Shown here: positions 62,045 to 64,000 of the stretch, piece by piece | Layout of the letters: each line of letters opens with the position of its first letter | Position numbering within the stretch: position 1 is the stretch's first letter | From: Syntrophales bacterium | GTDB taxonomy: Bacteria; Desulfobacterota; Syntrophia; Syntrophales; PHBD01 | Reading direction: 5' to 3' | NCBI GenBank assembly: GCA_963668175.1 | Contig: OY764159.1 | Span: forward strand, 512,001-576,000 | Length of the DNA: 64,000 nucleotides | The notes under the pieces: model-generated | Told to the model about the DNA's origin: nothing | Seen by the model: only the letters and a program-made list of their open reading frames with translations | Databases searched by the model: none | Program-made: the position numbers and the translations under genes

Positions 62045-62118
62045 ATGGTATCCTTGGTATGTAAAGGTTGAAACGGTCATCTTGTACTTCAAGCAAGACG
62101 CTTACGCTGCAGGCGGTA

Positions 62119-63162
<1,044 letters not shown>

Positions 63163-63243
63163 TCAGTCCGGCCAGGGCTTTTCCCTGTTGCAAATTCGTG
63201 AGCTCTGATATAGTTATGGCCCATCACGCGGAGGTATGACAGC

Positions 63244-64000
63244 ATGGGTAAATTGTTCGGTACGGACGGAATAAGAGGCATAGCCAATCAATATCCCATG
63301 ACGGCCGAAATGGCCTTGAATGTAGGGAGGGCCATTGCCCATTTGTTCAAACGGCCCGGGCACACAGCGAAGATCATCATCGGCAAAGACACGCGCCTTT
63401 CAGGGTATATGCTGGAAAATGCCCTTGTTTCCGGTATCTGTTCCATGGGTGCCCATGCCATTCTGGCCGGTGTTTGTCCGACGCCCGGCATTGCTTTCCT
63501 GACCGGCAGCATGCGCGCCGATGCCGGCATTGTGATTTCCGCCTCCCATAACCCCTTTCAAGACAATGGTATCAAGATCTTCTCGGGCGAAGGCGCCAAG
63601 CTCCCCGATGACACGGAGAAATCGCTGGAGGAACTGATTCTGTCGGGGAAGATGGACGATCTGTTTCCTGCGCCGACGGAGCTCGGCAAGGCGTACCGGA
63701 TGGAAGATGCCCGGGGCCGTTACATTGTCTTTCTAAAGCATACTTTTCCCAAGGAATTGACCCTGGAAGGCACGAAAGTCGTCATCGATTGTTCGCAAGG
63801 AGCGACATACCGGGTGGCTCCGGAGACGTTCTCCGAACTGGGTGCCGATGTCAAGTCGATATTCGACGCGCCGACAGGCCGCAACATCAATGTCGATTGC
63901 GGTTCCCAGCATCCCGAAACCCTCGCCCAAGAGGTTGTTAAAAGAAAAGCCGATGTCGGTTTCGCTTTTGACGGCGACGGCGATCGCGTCATCGCCGTCG
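63244..64000 (+). CDS. glmM: Phosphoglucosamine mutase (truncated by window end; not in the ORF track)
   Basis: [44 protein letters not shown]. Confidence 0.95.
   Translation, partial: MGKLFGTDGIRGIANQYPMTAEMALNVGRAIAHLFKRPGHTAKIIIGKDTRLSGYMLENALVSGICSMGAHAILAGVCPTPGIAFLTGSMRADAGIVISASHNPFQDNGIKIFSGEGAKLPDDTEKSLEELILSGKMDDLFPAPTELGKAYRMEDARGRYIVFLKHTFPKELTLEGTKVVIDCSQGATYRVAPETFSELGADVKSIFDAPTGRNINVDCGSQHPETLAQEVVKRKADVGFAFDGDGDRVIAV

Overview
This is an origin-proximal chromosomal window from an anaerobic deltaproteobacterium; a Syntrophales-like lineage is inferred from gene content and not proven. (1) 1-10.7 kb is housekeeping: the lon 3' end, a fused ADP-forming acyl-CoA synthetase, DUF374, a PHP hydrolase, an EndoIII-like protein, DegP, an FAH hydrolase and an atypical MCE/Mla operon. 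(2) A 12.85-kb integrative element sits in tRNA-Arg(CCT), bounded by a 46-bp att duplication and matching arm-type repeats. It carries an integrase, an excisionase-like HTH, a Rep_trans-like protein, an XRE/ImmA(IrrE)/micro-ORF/DUF2188 module, a second catalytic-domain-only tyrosine recombinase and an IS2-like IS3 element that splits a secreted SH3-like gene. It also carries an anti-phage kinase-dCTP deaminase followed by a 71-aa microprotein with an exact Hda-type beta-clamp motif (QLSLPL), the most striking candidate for an undescribed system. (3) A sigma54-controlled 4-hydroxybutyrate cluster follows (Liv-type ABC, Fe-ADH, abfD, NifU-like, CGGC-like, cat2). (4) A TPR/response regulator/kinase module, rtcB-archease, and an unusual co-oriented rsmG-parA-parB-dnaA-dnaN-gyrB-gyrA block with a recognisable oriC (DnaA boxes plus DnaA-trios); recF and rpmH are absent from this block. 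(5) trmJ-like, ctpA, envelope genes, cpoB-pal, gltX, mdh and the 5' part of glmM. All calls come from reading motifs by eye; no database searches were run.
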